Below, one piece after another: positions 37,838-53,755 of a DNA stretch of 64,000 nucleotides. Source of the stretch: Octopus sinensis (Eukaryota); NCBI RefSeq assembly GCF_006345805.1, contig NC_043000.1, positions 97,154,001 to 97,218,000 on the forward strand, written 5' to 3'. Below the pieces are notes generated by a model, which was not told the origin of the DNA, did no database searches, and saw only the letters and a program-made list of their open reading frames with translations. The stretch's first letter is position 1. Each line of letters opens with the position of its first letter. The position numbers and the translations under genes were made by a program.

Positions 37838-38391
37838 TATATATACACATATATATACATATATATGTGTATGTATGTATACATGTACCAAAGTACTAAT
37901 AAGAATAGCTTCAAATTCCTTCGCAAAATTTGCGCGACTTAAAAAAAAAAGTATAATGGATTACGCACTGTTAAACATATTTCCAGGCACGTTAGTAGAC
38001 AGAAATACAGAAATAAATCAACTCAAAAAAATTAAACGACATTCTGCCGCGAGGGAAAGCACAATGCACTTACAAAATATACCTGACATCAAACAAATAA
38101 ATACCGATTATAAAGCTGGTGAATGTTTTCTCAAGAAAAATCTTATAAGACTTATTGCAGAATGTATCAACTCTTATACATAAATTAGTGTTTGTAATAG
38201 CAATAGAAACATGTTTTGCATAAAAAGGTAAAAAAGCATCTATGCTTTTAGATCAATAACGGTTTCCTGGTTATTTTTTTCTTTTCCCGATGGAAAAGGT
38301 AGCATATCCTTTTATATTAATTAATTGGGTATTTTAAATATGTTATTATATAAATGATGTTTCATGTATTTTAAATATGTTATTATATAGT

Positions 38392-38680
38392 GAGGAAGCG
38401 TGGCCTAGTGGTTTGAGCGTTGCACGTGAGATCGCGGTTTCAGTTTCCTAGACCGGGTGGTACGTAGTGTTCTTGAGCAAAACACTTCCTTTCACGTTGC
38501 TCTGCGAACACTTCGAGACCTGACTAGTGGTACTCTGTGCACCTGTTCATGCAACGTTGATTTGACGGAGGAAGTGAGCTTAATGTACAGGATATATATT
38601 TGTTCACTATAAACAAGTTATTTGTGCAGGTCGTTCGGCAACAGCTGAACACCCATACGTCGTCTTCGACGGGAGAATTC
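38392..38680 (+). mobile_element. tRNA-derived SINE (CORE-like)
   Basis: GCGTGGCCTAGTGGTT box A, GGTTTCAGTTTCC box-B-like, GTGTTCTTGAGCAAAACACTT core. Confidence 0.7.
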
Positions 38681-41600
38681 ATTACTATATAAAAGTTTTA
38701 TATATTTGAAACAGCTGTTCAGCACAACTGAATTATTACCTATGTATTAAATGTATGAGAATTGCCTTAAGATACAGGTACCTGTAGAATGCTCTGGAAT
38801 ATAAGCGTTAATTCGGAAGCAGGTAATTCAGTTGAACCATCCTTCCATAGTATTGACTTGAGACAATCATCCTGTTTTCTTGTGTTCTCTTATCTGTCAT
38901 GTGCATTTAAGACCACATTATCTGATATGTCTCTCTTTTTGTTCTGTTGTTTTAGGCCCTGTGTAAATTCTGACCGAGTACGATCAAAAAACATTCGGAA
39001 AATGGCGATTCCGTTTTATTATATTTTTATCTGTTTTTATGCACAGTGAATCCAGTATTACATTACCCACCAAGCCGTCATCCTTTTATAAGACGGTATG
39101 GTGTGACTATGAGGTTTGAAGGTGATTTAATTACCATTTTCATCGTGTACAGTGACTGCGTGGTAGCTCCTTCTCGCTTTCATGTGGATAGAAATAGTCG
39201 TCGTTGTCGCCAACATAGTAGTAGTAATTTGTTGTCGCTTCTGGTGGTGGTGGTGGTGGTGGTGGTGGTGGATGCTGCTAGTGATGCGGGTGGTTGTGAA
39301 GGGTTCTCCTGATACAATGTATCTAGAACTATATTATCCCGTCTGTGCTTTCTTTTGTGAGATTGCAGAGTTTGAGTTGCAAAAGATTTGGATGATATTT
39401 TTAGCAAATCGAGCTATCACGTAAGAAGTAAGAGATTTGTTGAAGTTGTAATCTTTCTCACTGCCTTTGTTTTGTGCTATTGTTTCACTAACGGAATCAA
39501 TGAGTGATTTGTGAGTTGTGACCGTAGTCATTACTTCAGAGAGTGATCAGTCCCAGGCAGACAGACAGTACTTCCCTCCGACAGACAGTACTTGCCAATA
39601 ACTGCCGTCCAAGATTAGTGCTTTCAGCTGCAGGTAAATAACCTCACTACTTTATATGACAAAGTTAGCAGGTCAATCTTAGAATAAGTCTAGAATGGGG
39701 CCATGGAAATAGTCTAGTGTTCAATCTGGCTCTCTTCTGACAACTCTTACAGCCAAACTAGCACCAAACGTACTACTCTGCATTCCTATCTACCACACTA
39801 GCTAGGCTGAGAAGGAAATTCTGGCATCTAAGTAACTTAGGCTCCTAATACTCCTGTTCATGTTTGTACACTGGTGAAGTCACTTCACTGACTGACAGTG
39901 GTGTAAAACTCCGTTGTCCTTCAAATCAAACGGACACCAAAGGTGCTGTTTCAATGATTCCTTTACGACGATACCAGCGTGATGTATTTTATATAATAGA
40001 ACATCGGGGATTGTTTGGTATCAATAAGTTCGATTGCCATGAAGGGTGAAATAATAATCGCCGTTTCGAAACCTGACACTTCGACGATTCCATCGAAAAA
40101 TTAGAGCACGAAACGTCAGCCTTCTCCACGCTTCTCCAAACCCTAACGAACTATACTCACCAAACTCTCCTGCATGTACTAACACTATTGTTACCAACGC
40201 ACACCTTAATCGCTTTATTTAGATTCTTTACAATATAGCAGTAGTAGCAGCAGTTAAATTCAATAACATTATAAATAACATGTTTTACAATTGAATGTTC
40301 TATGTTACATTGATCTTCATATTAAGTTAATTTGCAGGCTTTCAGACTTACAGTTTGCAGTAGCTGAGGATTTTCATAATTTTCACGCTCATGCAATATA
40401 GTTTATTAGTTTTATATAACGCATAATTCTCTTCTTTTTTTTTTATTAACGAGATTATTCCTTTGATAATATTAATCTATATTCTATACTATGAGTACAT
40501 TTGGTTCATATAATAATCCGTGTGTGTGATTTATTTAAATTATTTACTTATTTTTATTGCTTGTTGCGGTTATTTGCATTTGTGTTTGTGGTGCAAATTA
40601 TTTATTGTTTTATAATTAATTTACAGAATTGTTTAAATATCTATTATTGACTAGCGTTTGCTTTTATTAAATTGATGTTATATTGCTGCATTTGAAGAGC
40701 AAAATCCAAATTTCTGAGTTGGTTTTGTATTGTTATCATTGTACATGATTGGGCATTGTTGCTGTTGGTGGTGGTGGCTGTGGTGGTAATCACGAGCATG
40801 ATGATGATGATATTTTGCTTGAAGTGGACTCAAATAAATCGGGTGATCCAGACATGGTCCTATTGGTCATCTGTTGGTGGGAGCTTTCTAGAACTATATT
40901 ATTTAATGTTCTTTTTCTTTTCCTTTTTTTTTTAAGATTATGGATTCTGAAATGAGGGAGAATTTACTTCTATTTCTAGCAAATCGAGCGACCACGCAGG
41001 TTTGTTCTGTTGGTTTGATGTGTAAGCATTAGTCCGTATTTAACTATTGATATTGTTCAATTTACTATTGCCTATTTTTAAAAAAACAATATTTTCGTCT
41101 ATGCCTATTTCTATATTTAATTTCATTGATATATTGGAACAGACATGATAATGTGATTAAGAAGTTCATCTTGCAGTCTCGTGGCTATGAGTTCGATTTC
41201 ACTGTGAGGCATCTTGGGTCAGTGTTTTTCTTTGATAATAGCCTTGTTCGTAAAACTGAATTGACGTAAAAACGGTGGACTATATGTATTGAGACGAGAT
41301 TTCTTCTCTTTCTGTTAACATTACAAAGAATGTGAGAGGAACTGAGGTGAAAGCTATAAAAAAACATCAAATCAGAGAACTTTTAGAATCATCAGAAGCT
41401 TTAACTTTAACCAGGTCATGATCATTTAGTCCCAGGTCTGCTTCACATCAAAAATATACGATCACATCCATCCTACCTTAGGCCAGAGGTCTTTAATCCA
41501 TACATAGTGGTATATAGAACTATTTTAATCCAATGTCTCCTTCAAATAAGATGGTGGGTTTGGAACGACCACAAAGAGGACCATTATTAGTCTGTTGCAT

Positions 41601-42836
41601 TTCTGCCTCGATAAGCTCTCTGGGTCGATTAGGAAACATTCTCTTTGCTAAGCATGATTGCTGTAATAGTTTAGCCTAAGGTCAATCGTGTTACAGCTGA
41701 AATATTTTTGATTGTAACTTTTATCAAAGACGTTCCAACAGTACCGCATACATTCTATTTGAAAGTGTTATAAAGACTACATTTTCTAACTGTACATCAT
41801 AAGTTTTTTAAAGACTGTAGGAATATTTTGCTGATATTTCTAACAGGTCATCTATGATCGAAGATATGTTTTCTTATGAGGCTGAAAAATCAAACGAGGA
41901 AAAATTTAGTTCTTTTCAAATACTCTGCAATATCTGTACCTTTTATTACTGGTTTCAGACATTGGACAGCGGCTATGGTGGGGTACTGCTTTCAAGACTT
42001 TCAGTTGAACAAATCGACCTCAGTATTTATCTTTTAAAGTCTGGTACTTATTCTATCTTCTCTCCTGCTGAACCGTTACGTTACGGGACGTAAACAAACC
42101 AACAACTTGGTTGTCAAGTGAAGATGAGGGCCAATAACAAAACAAATACACATAGACAAACATACAAACACACACACATATGTATGTATACATTTATATA
42201 TACATTTGTATGTATAGATATTCATATATATATACATATATAGATATTCATATATGTATACATATGTATGCATGTATGTATGTATGTAGTATGTATGTAT
42301 GTATGTATGTATGTATGTATGTATGTACATAAAATTCGGTCACAAGACTTTGTTAACTTGGAGATTTAGCAGAAGATACTTGCCAAAGAAGCTGCGCAGT
42401 GGAACGGAACCGAAGCCTGCATGGTTGAGAAGCAAGCTTCTTGTCCACACAGCCATGCCTGTGCTTAAATGAATGAATAAATAGATAAATAGACGAATCA
42501 ATGACTCAATAAACTTCAATATGAAATGTCATTTTAAATGTCTTCACGCAGAAGATAAAACTAGGAAAGGTCTTGAAACAGCGATGTTACAAAGGATCTT
42601 AACATATTTTTATTCTCAACGAATAAATAAGCAGATAAGCAAATACGAAAAATAAAAGCAGAACGATAAAATTTCCTTTTTTCAAATAAATAAAATCTCG
42701 AACAGATATCGTTTCCGAAAGAAACTGTATGTTTAAAGGAAAAGTTCCCATCCTATATGAATATATACTTGTAAGCACAGACACAAACATACTCGTGTGC
42801 ATAAACTCATTCAAACTCATACTACATGCACCATAT

Positions 42837-42877
<41 letters not shown>

Positions 42878-42959
42878 GGTCCCGGGTTGATTCGGGGTAA
42901 CCACAGTAAATAAGGTACTCAATACATAGCAGAGTAAAATTAATTTATTATATAGAAGG

Positions 42960-43010
42960 AGCTTCTACAGGACTAGAACTGTTTCATTCAAGAGAAATCT
43001 TCAGGAAGCT
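42960..43010 (-). ncRNA. Type I hammerhead ribozyme
   Basis: Exact reverse complement of 45330-45380. Confidence 0.75.
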
Positions 43011-43149
43011 AGTTACAAGAATTGTACTGGCATTTATACATTTAGGCAGGTTTAAAGGGGGTTGGTGGGGGACTTTTTGGGGGTAGGCATAGCGCAAAAA
43101 AATCATACTTGGGGGAGTGGTCAAGGAGTCAGTGTTAAATAGATAGGAG

Positions 43150-43295
<146 letters not shown>

Positions 43296-43762
43296 AAAAA
43301 TAAAAATAAAAAAATAAATATATTATATATAATATATATATATATAAAGGGGGGAATAGAGTTTTAGGTAAATAAGGAGATTCTCACTTATACCTCTACA
43401 CATACACACATATATATACATACACATACACATACATATACATACACATACATATATATATATATACACATACACACATATATACACTCACACATACATA
43501 TACATACACATATATATACATACATACACATACACATACATATACACACAGAAAAATATATATATATATATACACGTACACACACATACTCACATACACG
43601 CATACACACACAAATCCATACACACACATGCACACACAGCACACTAGTCCCTATATACACATATATATACATACACATATATATACATACACACATACAC
43701 CTACATATACACATACACACATATATATACATACATACACATACACATACATACATATACAT

Positions 43763-43805
<43 letters not shown>

Positions 43806-44233
43806 TATACATATGTGTACCCATGCATACCTACACATACACACATATATATATATATACATATACAAATACAGACCCATTCCCTAATTTTAATTTTATT
43901 ATCTTCGTTTATTACTTTTGTTATCTTTGGCCGCTTGGTCACAAACATCTTGGCTATGACAGCCAGACCATTTATCCGTCTACTGGAAAACATTACTCAT
44001 TCACTCACGCACACTCATTAGCACGTACACTCACTCATTCGTACACTCATACGCATACACGCACGCACGCGTTATATTCATACATACGTACATCTACATA
44101 CATTCACGTATATACACATACGTACGCGTACCTACAGATTCATGTCTACACTCTTAGAAGGCTAGTCTATACATATACACCAATAAATATAAATACACAC
44201 ACATACATGTACACCTACATACAAATACATACA

Positions 44234-44292
<59 letters not shown>

Positions 44293-44419
44293 GCGTACCT
44301 ACAGATTCATGTCTACACTCTTAGAAGGCTAGTCTATACATATACACCAATAAATATAAATACACACACATACATGTACACCTACATACAAATACATACA
44401 TGTACTTATATACATACAT

Positions 44420-44459
<40 letters not shown>

Positions 44460-44678
44460 TATATACATATATACACACATACATACATATACATATATAT
44501 ACATATATATATTCATACTAACATGCATACTCAAAAAATAAGTAAATAGTAAATATATATACACGCAGTTATTCATACATGCATACTCAAAAAATAATAA
44601 ATATTAAGTATATGTACGTGCAGTTACCTATTATATAGACGGATACATACATATAATAAACTTACACACATAGATATA

Positions 44679-44712
<34 letters not shown>

Positions 44713-44787
44713 CATATATACACACATATATATATAAATAAATATAAATATATACATACACACATACACCTACATATACACATACAC

Positions 44788-44842
<55 letters not shown>

Positions 44843-44929
44843 TATATATATATATACACACACACACACATATATAAATATAAATATAAATATATACATA
44901 CACACATACACCTACATATACACATACAC

Positions 44930-44988
<59 letters not shown>

Positions 44989-45329
44989 TACACATACATA
45001 TACATACACATACATACATATATATACATACTTACACATGTACATATAAATACACACATAGATAACTCTACGTACCTACACATACATAAACACACGAGCG
45101 TACGCGCACATGTACATATACATATTTTTATTTTTTATTTTTTATTTTTTATTTTTTATTTTTTTTTTTATTTTTTTTTTTTTTTTTTATTCTCCTATCT
45201 AATTTAACACTGACTCCTTGACCACTCCCCCAAGTATGATTTTTTGCGCTATGCCTACCCCCAAAAAGTCCCCACAACACCCTTTAAACCTGCCTAAATG
45301 TATAAATGCCAATACAATTCTTGTTAACT

Positions 45330-45380
45330 AGCTTCCTGAAGATTTCTCTTGAATGAAACAGTTCTAGTCCTGTAGAAGCT
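45330..45380 (+). ncRNA. Type I hammerhead ribozyme
   Basis: AGCTTC-CTGAAGA-TTTC-TCTT-GAAT-GAAA-CAG-TTCTAGTC-CTG-TA-GAAGCT; 6-bp stem I, 4-bp stem III, GUA triplet, U.U at 10.1/11.1. Confidence 0.75.
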
Positions 45381-45395
45381 CCTTATATATAATAA

Positions 45396-45463
<68 letters not shown>

Positions 45464-45465
45464 CG

Positions 45466-45503
<38 letters not shown>

Positions 45504-45759
45504 ATACACACATATATAAATACATACATACATCTCTTTTCACAAACATACTATATTTTCATAAATGAATATATTTCAGCGTTTCCGTGGTTCGGTCTCT
45601 AGACTGCGACTATGCTGGAGCACTGCTTTGAGTAATTCTAAACCTGGTACTGATTCTATGGATCTCTTTTTGCCGAATCGCTGTTATGGGGACACACCAA
45701 CACCGGTTGTAAAGCGACAGTTGAAGAACAACACAGACACAAAAACATATGCACGAATA

Positions 45760-45812
<53 letters not shown>

Positions 45813-46072
45813 TGTGTGTGTGTGTGTGTGTGTGTGTAGCTATAGATATACATTCGACGATGTTCGATTTCTATCAAATCCTCTCAGATGCCTTTATTCG
45901 AGCCGAGGCTATAGTAGAAGACGCTTGACCAGAGTACCATACATGTGGTTGGAAAGCAACCTTGTAACCTAACATCCACGCCTGCACCTATATATATATG
46001 TTGTGTGTGTGTGTGTGTAAGTGTGTGTGAGAGTGGGTGGGTGTTTACATAGTATACATAGACATACACATG

Positions 46073-46104
<32 letters not shown>

Positions 46105-46428
46105 CTCATGTACTTGTGTATGTTTGTGTATGTCTTTAAGTCACACCTATATATCTGCGTGTCTGTCTGTGTGCTAATGTACAAACGCACGCACACACAA
46201 ACACTGAGTAAAGCTCACGTTTTGTAGTTATGAACAAACTTCCTTCTCATCTTCCAATCAAAATAGACCTTAGAAGATTATTTGTAACCAATGAGATCTC
46301 ATACATAAACTAAACACGTCCGTAAAGTGTGCATGGATTCATGATGTACGTATTTATGTATATGTGTATCTACATGCATACATTTATATATATCCATGTA
46401 TGTGTGTATGCGTAGGGATAGATAAATT

Positions 46429-46503
<75 letters not shown>

Positions 46504-48613
46504 GCGATTTAACATCGTGTGGTCTGGCAGTGACCTCGCTATTACGTTCTTTTAGGCTCAATTTACTTCATAACTACATATAGCATAGAAAATTATAAGA
46601 AATATAATTTCGAAATATTTAGCTGAGTTGTTTACTTTTAGATGTTTCTGCTGTACTATTGAACGAACATAAAAAACATGTTTATCCTTGAAAATGAGGA
46701 AGGACAGAAAGGTTATGTGCGATTAAGGGTGATTAAATTGATGAATGAGGTAACATTATAGACAAGAGAAGTGGAAGGTAGGTGTAGCTAAGGATAGAAG
46801 ATAGAAATCTAGAAGAAAGAGCAAAAGACGGGTAACTAAAAGCAACATTAAATATATTACATAATACGTGGTGTTAGTCGAGTGAAAATGAGGTTTCCGG
46901 GATACAAAATAGAAGTTTTTCGAAATGCCAATATATCTTTTATCTGTATTTAAATAGCTTTTTTTTATTTTTAGGAATTTTATTTTCTCTTCTGTGCACA
47001 GATTACAGTTTTTACTTCCAGTTTTGTAGGATCTAAATTTTTCTAGAATTTTCCATTTTATATTGCAGTCTTCAGATTTTCTTTCAATTTCCAGACATGT
47101 TCTTTTTATCTGTCAATTTGATTAAAGGAACACAATTTTAAATTATTTGCATAAATTGTTCTGCTGCTCGTTCATATAAGGCATGACAAGAACGTTTTAG
47201 ACTGTGATTGTATCCTTTTTTTAACACTTAACTTCCCCATCCCCACTGTTATGGCCATCCTTTACGGAGTGTAATTTCTATTAATTACATTTAACTCCTT
47301 CCTCCTTTCAGTTTCAAAGAAATCATGTTTTTTTTTTCTTTTCAACTTGTTTAATATTTTACCTCCTAACGCCAAATTATTCAGCTTGATGCAAGTTTTA
47401 AAATTTTGTCTCATAATTTTGTATATTATATGAAGTTAAGCAAGGCCAAAAAGTCACCACTATACAAACGGCAGTACACACGATACGTTAACTCGTATTG
47501 CTTTATAAATACGAATTGACATCTGTTTCGAGTACTGTATATTTTAGTATTTGTTTATATTATTTATCAAGTAAAATAATTCAGTGTATACACATCGTAC
47601 ACACACATGTACATAATTTATTCATTATAAATAATTTAGATATTATTTATCAAATATGACACGATGTATGTGTGTGAGTGAGTGCGTTTATGTATATATG
47701 TATATGAATGCATTTCTCTATATATTTATGTGAATGTAAGTCATTGTATACGCATATATGCATGGAAGTTTCTATGTGTAATTCTATTTGTATTTGCCTT
47801 TTGTGTGGCTGATACTTAAAGTCTTTATAAGCGGAAAAAATATGAGAACTATCTCTACTATTTCTTTTCTCTTTAATAACTGACACACTCATGCGTCATT
47901 ATCTCTTCACCACCACCGCCACTATTACCATCAAAATCAATTGACTATGAAAGGTTCTAAATAAACCATTTGTTTTGGTTTGGAGCCCCACCACATATTT
48001 TGTCTGGTTCGTAGCCTTACTTTTCGGCGTCATCATGATACAGTTTTGTTAAAGTAATTGCCATTTAATCGTTAAACATCTTTATAGCGCGTTGTACTCT
48101 TCATGTTATTGATCTTGTTGTTGTTATCGTTGTTGTTGTTGTTTAATACCAGGTCATCTCAGACAGAGAAAACCTGGTAACAAAGGCAGCATCTCACTAA
48201 TGACCATTCCGTTGTCTCTTTAAAGATATAGTATATCCAGGACTGCTAGATTTTTTTAGGTAACACCTTCACATTTTAAGAGGATATGCTGTGAATTGAA
48301 TGAGATTTGGCAGCCATTTCTAGCATGTTGAGTAACTGCATTGAATTTCCGCCTTTCATTCGTAAGAGTGTGTTACTGATATTCTTTTCGTTTACTCTTT
48401 AGTCATCCCTGATCAAGTTTATTTATGATAAAAGACTTTCCGGTCGTGATTATCCCGTGTCATTTTTTCTTCTTTAGGAGTACACAGGTCAACATTATCG
48501 AACGCGTTGTTTTCTTATTTAAGTTGGAAAGGGTCGGATTTGATAGGAAAATGGTTTCTGTTTCTCTGTTGTCGCCAGCGGTGATCTAATTAAAGATTTC
48601 AAACGTACTATAC

Positions 48614-48681
<68 letters not shown>

Positions 48682-48896
48682 CCTTGTTATAGGCACATGG
48701 CCTGAAATTTGGAGGAGAGAGATAGTCGATTACATCGACCCCAGTACTCAACTGGTACTTAATTTATCGACCCCCGAAAGGATGAAAAGTAAAGTCAGCC
48801 TCAACGGAGTTTGAACTCAGAACGTAGCGACGGGTGAAATACCGCCAAGCATTTCGTCCAGCGTGCTAACAATTCTGCCAACGCGCCGCCTTAATA

Positions 48897-50145
48897 ATTG
48901 TAATAATAACGGAAAATAAGCTCAATGGGAAAAACACGATCAGGGCAATGAACACATGGGCTGTTTCTTTAATGCGATATGATGCAGTCGTTGTTAGGTG
49001 GACAAAGAGCGAGCTTGAGTAAATAGACAGGAAAACTAGAGAAGGGATGACAATTAACAAGGAAGTACACCCACAAGTGATACTGAGGGGTTGTATATGC
49101 CTAAGAACAGGAGAGGAAGTGGCCTCATAGGGTGCAAGATCTGTGTTGTCAACGAGAAGGTCAACAGAGTGAATCCTTGCTTGCCGCTGTCAGAATTAAC
49201 AATACGATACCTACTGAAATTGTGATGCCCCCACAAATATTTCAGAAACAAGATGAAGAAGAAAGAGTAAACAATTGGAAAATGAAATCACTGCATGGAT
49301 AATACCTCAGAGAAATTGAAGGAAAAGACAGGATCAATACTTGGAGATGGCTGAGAGAAAGTGATCTGAAAGGATGCACTGAGGCATTGACATGAAGCAC
49401 CCAGGAACAAGTTCTGAGAACTAATTACACCAAGTTCCAGTTAGATAAGAGCAGCGAACCAGCCCTTTGTACGATGTGTGGTCGCAAAAAAGAAACACTC
49501 TCGCATATTTTGAGTGAGTGTCGCAAGCTGGCCCAAAAGCACTACAAAAGGGGGCACGATAACGTGGATAAATTCGTCCACTGGAGAAAAGTATGGCTTG
49601 GACAGAGCATGGAAATGGTAGGAACATGAACCAGTAGGAGTCACCAAGAACAAGGAATATAAGATACTGTAGGATTTTACAATCGAATGTGACTCTCTAG
49701 TCGATGCATGGAGACCAGATATTGTTGTGGTAGATAAAGGAAACCAAGATTATGGATATTGCAATACCTAGAGACGTACGCATAAGTGACAAAGAACTAG
49801 AAAAGATCGAAAAGTACAGACTACTAAAAGATGAAATTGCAAGAATGTGGACTATGAGGAGAGTGTCTGTCATCCCAGGAGTTGTAGAGGCACTAGGAGC
49901 ACTAAGAACCAAGTTCGAGAAATATATCAAAGAAATCGGAATAGGCATGAAAACAGAACAAGTCAAAAATCTGCTAGGATTTTGAGATTGGTACTTGGAT
50001 GCTGAATGTCTTCTACGATAATTCACAACCAAGTATCTAAGCTTATAATGTGCGGAAAGCGACTCTGTGAGACCTCTGACAGCAGGCTGCTGTCCGCTCT
50101 CACAGAATCTACCAGAGCGAACAAGACCCATGGCTCTGAGAAGTA
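48897..50145 (+). mobile_element. Degenerate R4/Dong-like LINE 3' fragment
   Basis: KLNGKNTIRAMNTWAVS, LYMPKNRRGSGL, C..C..ETLSHILSEC, RPDIVV, DIAIPRD..EKIEKY. Confidence 0.85.
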
Positions 50146-50237
50146 ATACAACAACAACAACAATGATGATGATATAATAATAATAATAATAACAACAACA
50201 ACAACAACAACAACAACAACGATAATAATAATAATAA

Positions 50238-50373
50238 TTACAAAAGGTTTGTCTCCTTGGCACAGCCAGAATAATTAGGAAAGTATTAGATAGCTGAAAA
50301 ATGGATAGCATGGTACCAACCATGCTACGCATGTAAGACTCCCGGAGCTCCAGCAAAACCTGTGATAAAGAGA
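50238..50373 (+). mobile_element. Extremely 5'-truncated R4/Dong-like LINE (last codons plus 3'UTR) in (TAA)n
   Basis: LQKVCLLGTARIIRKVLDS*, flanked by TAA repeats. Confidence 0.7.
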
Positions 50374-50600
50374 AATAATAATAATAATAATCCTTTCTAA
50401 TATAAGCACATAGCCTAGAATTTTGGGGGAGGTGACTAATCGCTTTCATCGACTCCACTGATTTACTGGTACTTAAGTTATCGAGCTCGAAATGATGAAA
50501 GGCAAAGTCGACCTCGGTGGAATTTGAACTTAGAACGTAAAGACAGGCGAAATGCTGCTAAGCATTTTCTCCGGCGTACTAACAATTCTACAAGTTCGCC

Positions 50601-50660
<60 letters not shown>

Positions 50661-52035
50661 TCCTCAGCAGTCCCAGTTGTTACTTATAGCTACAATGTGT
50701 TGAACTGGAATATGAGTGAAGTAAAGAATATAGATAGGAAAATACGCAAGCTGCTGAGTTGTAATAGGATGCACCACCCAAAGGCAGACGTAGATCGCCT
50801 TTACCTTCCCAGAGCCCAAGGAGGTCGAGGCCTGATCCAATTTGAACTAGCTTACAAAACAACCACAATTGGACTGGCCAAATATCTCGAAATATCGAAT
50901 GACTGGATGCTAAAGCTCGTGGAAAATCACGAGAGACGAAAGAAGCTTCATTCTATCATAAAGGAAAGCAAAAAATTTGCTATTGATCTCGTGCAGGATA
51001 CCCAAACTGAACAACCCGAGGGAAGTACGGCAATTATTGTTGCAAAGAAGGTGAAATAATGGCAACGAAAAAAGCGCACGAGCAATTGGCTGATAGGTGG
51101 GAGGAGAAACCTCTGCATGGCAATATGTGGCCCGTAGCAAACAAGCTGATGTTGACCAGAAGCAAACCCATCAGTGGCTACGGAGCTCAGGGCTAAAAGC
51201 AGAGAGCGAAGGTTTCATCCTGGCTGCTCAAGATCAAAGCCTATTAACCCGGAACTACCAGGCCAATGTGATGAAAAATGGAGCAGACCCAAAATGCCGA
51301 TTCTGCAACGACATGATTGAAACAGTGGACCACCCAATCTCTGGATGTAAAGTTTTAGCCCCAGTGGAGTATAAATTAAGACATGACAGAGTTGGCCAAT
51401 ATCTACACTGGCTAATAAGTCGGCATTACAATATCAAAACTGCCGACAAGTGGTATAATCACCACCCTGAAGCTGTAACTGAAGGAGAAAATGTAACGAT
51501 TCTGTGGGACTCTCCAGTACATACAGACCGAACCATCAAAGCCAATAAACCGGATATTGTTGTGAAAGACCAAAACAATAAAGTTTGCTTATTGATCGAC
51601 GTGAGCATCCCCTGTGATCATAATATCTCGGCGAAAGAATTTGACAAGCTCAGAAAATATAAAGACTTGCTCATTGAAATTGAGAAAATGTGGCATCTCA
51701 AGGCGGTTTCAATACCAGTGATCGTAGGAGCACTAGAAATGAACAAGAAGGGAACCGAAAATTATATGAGAATGATCCCTGGCTTACCATCCCTGCAAGA
51801 AGTGCAAAAGATTGTCTTAACTGGTACATCACACGTATTGAGAAGAGCATTGTCTATGTGAGAACTATTACTACCCATGTATTTTAATTTAACTTTATTC
51901 CAATAAAAAAAAAAATGAACGAACTAGTGAGTTTAGTTTAATGGCCTACCAATGTATACAATGAGTTTCTTTGCCCTAGGAGTCGGGAAGACACTCGGCA
52001 AGATATTGGAAGCAAATTTGAAAGAAGAAGAAAAA
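50661..52035 (+). mobile_element. 5'-truncated R4/Dong-like LINE, same young family as 10407-12105
   Basis: ORFs 50697-51059 and 51097-51861 are near-identical to the 431-aa ORF but broken by 1-nt deletions; starts directly after (TAA)n. Confidence 0.92.
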
Positions 52036-52052
52036 CCCATAAATAATATTAA

Positions 52053-52090
<38 letters not shown>

Positions 52091-52538
52091 ATAATAATAA
52101 TATAATAATAATAATAATAATAATAATGATAAATTTCCTGGTGCAATACCATGTAGTGGCCCTCATGGCCTCTGGTTTTAACTGATTGGAAATGATATCA
52201 TTTACATATTTTGTCTTTGAGTAACAGATGGGCTACAGCAAATATTTTGTTCAATATTGTAGATTTGTTTGTCACTTGCCTAACCTTAACCAGTTGAGCA
52301 TGTCCCTTAGTGACCGATGCTATGTGCATCTCTGATCATGAGCAGGAATAATAGCTTCATAGCCATGTTTTTTGAGAGGGATTCTTTAGGTTTGAATAAT
52401 TCACTCCTTGAAACATAGATGTTTCATTCATCACCCTCAAATACTTATTCGGGGATCTTTTGAGCGGAATGAGCTACTCGACGTGAAGAAAGTTCTAACT
52501 GATCCCCGCCTGCAAGGTCATGCGCTGCTTTCTCACTC

Positions 52539-52628
<90 letters not shown>

Positions 52629-52637
52629 GATGATGAT

Positions 52638-52669
<32 letters not shown>

Positions 52670-52688
52670 AATAATAATAATAATAATG

Positions 52689-52739
<51 letters not shown>

Positions 52740-52766
52740 GTAATAATAATAATAATAATAATAATA

Positions 52767-52804
<38 letters not shown>

Positions 52805-52827
52805 TAATAATAATAATAATAATAATT

Positions 52828-53755
52828 TACAAAGCCTTTACTGTAATAATATCGCAGAGAATGAACAAGCATCTGGAAGAAAACAGCCTGTTTCCAGAAG
52901 AGCAGAAGAGATGCTGCAAGGGCTCATTCGGCTGTAAAGATCAAATAATGATCAATAAAGCCATAACTGAAGACAGCCGCAGAAAGAAGGGTCTAAGTAA
53001 GACCTGAATCGATTACCGAAAGGCTTTTGATAATATTCCCCACACATGGATCCAAGAAACACTAGCCATGAACAAGGTAGCACCAATAATCATAAAATAT
53101 ATAAAACACTATGAATAAATGGCCGACACTGCTACAGCTCCAAACAAAAAAGGGACTCATAAAAACCAAAGCCATCCCGATTAGGAGAGGAATAATCCAC
53201 GGAGACACGCTCTCTCCACTCCTTTTCTGCTTGGCACTGATACCTTTATCTTACATGCTAAACAGAACTGGATGCGGATACAATTGTTACGGCAAATAAA
53301 TCAGCCACCTCTTATATATGGATGACCTAAAACTGTACGCTACAACGCGAATACAAAAGACGACATGACAATGTGGCAAGAATGATCCATTGGGAACTCT
53401 GTAGAAATCATGGCCTACAAAGAGCAAGGACGTGGTATCAGCAAACCCTAGAAGGAGTCACTGAGAATGAAAAGTGCAAAATCCTGTGGGATGCAATAAT
53501 TCAGTGCGATCATTTGACCAGACATCGGAAACCGGACACTGTTGTGGTGAATAAATAAGAAAGAACATGTACGTTAATCGACATAGCATGTCCAAGTGAC
53601 AACAGGATCAAAGAGAAAGAAAAAGAAAACCTGAACAATTTCGACAATTTGAAGTGGGAAACGCGAAGGTTGTGGTCAATGACGAGAGTAGCCGTGGTAC
53701 CAATAGTAATTGGCGCACTTGGAAGTAACAGCACTCAGATACCAGCGTGGCTCAA
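52828..53755 (+). mobile_element. R4/Dong-like LINE with RT fused directly to RLE (internal deletion or chimera)
   Basis: EEQK..GCKDQ, IDYRKAFD.IPH, GIIHGDTLSPLLF, HLLYMDDLKLYA, then immediately QREYKRRHDNVAR..KPDTVV..IDIACP. Confidence 0.8.

Noticed and set aside
39531-39640. Possible exon bounded by TTTCAG-like and CAG|GTAAAT sites
   Set aside because: Weak polypyrimidine tract and no identifiable coding signal.
40060-40130. CGAAACGTCAG, a typical PLE hammerhead 3' half
   Set aside because: No CUGANGA strand in a compatible position.
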